This document shows, piece after piece, positions 63,360 to 64,000 of a DNA stretch of 64,000 nucleotides (the first letter of the stretch is position 1; each line of letters begins with the position of its first letter). Both the position numbers and the translations under genes were made by a program. The notes beneath the pieces are model-generated. The model made no database searches, had not been told where the DNA came from, and worked only from the letters and a program-made list of their open reading frames with translations. This stretch comes from Anaeramoeba ignava BMAN (lineage: Eukaryota; Protista; Anaeramoebae), in NCBI GenBank assembly GCA_028826165.1, contig JAPDFW010000075.1, positions 1 through 64,000 of the forward strand, written 5' to 3'.

Positions 63360-64000
63360 TTATAATATTAAATATAAAATTAAATATATTATTAAATATA
63401 ATATTAAATATAATATAAATATAATATTAAATATAATTAAATAAAAATAAAATATAAAAATAAAAATTAATACAAAAATTAAAAATAAAATTAAAAAAAA
63501 TTAAATATAAATTAAAAATATTAAATATAAAATTAATTATAAAAAATTAATTTTAAATATAATTTAAAATAAATAAAAATATAATAATAAATTAAATATA
63601 AATTTAAAATAAAATAAAAATAATATTTATATAAAAATTAAATAAATAAAATTTATTATTTATAATATTATAAATATAATATTAAAAATAAATTAAATAT
63701 AAAATTAAATATAAAAATAAAATAAAATAAATATCAAATTAAAAATAAAATAAAATATATTAAATATAAAAATTAAATATAATATTAAAATAAATAAAGT
63801 TAAAAATATTAAATATAAAATTAAATATAATAAATAAAATTAAAAATAAAATTAAATATAAAAAAATTAAAAATATAAAATTAAATATAATATTAAATAT
63901 AAAATTAAATATAAAATTAAATATAAAAAATTAATAAAAATTAAATATAAAATAAAATAAAATTAAATATAAAAATTAAATATAAAATTAAAATATAAAA
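63360..64000. repeat. Degenerate AT-only repeat (AAAATTAAATAT-like)
   Basis: Directly visible; almost no G or C. Confidence 0.85.

Overview
Extremely AT-rich, gene-dense eukaryotic nuclear DNA with the standard code, short GT-AG introns and N/Q- and E/N-rich proteins. The style resembles an anaerobic metamonad/amoeba such as Anaeramoeba; this is inference only. No rRNA, tRNA, CRISPR array, transposase or intein was seen. The first half is a cluster of putative cullin-ligase substrate adaptors: eight tandem RCC1-propeller/BTB genes in two sub-arrays, an ankyrin-BTB gene, and three F-box/multi-pass membrane genes. A five-gene block (ankyrin, ankyrin-pseudokinase, small HNH, ankyrin-BTB, vWA) splits the RCC1-BTB array. 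The adaptors show sharply localised hypervariable codons, mosaic sharing of blocks between copies and near-identical flanks or introns, which suggests a diversifying recognition repertoire. The second half holds two ChAPs (exomer-type) paralogues, a CH-MOB4/phocein fusion, an SH3-like/catalytically dead Ulp1-type gene, a Ser/Thr kinase with a very long repetitive N-terminus, a RasGEF, a BTB-BACK-TLDc gene, Sec24 and an HSBP1 gene missed by the ORF track. Several introns and spacers are filled with locus-specific satellites (periods 6, ~10, 11, 12 and 18 bp). Many frameshifts fall in homopolymers and are most simply assembly errors. All family calls come from motif recognition by eye, not database searches.
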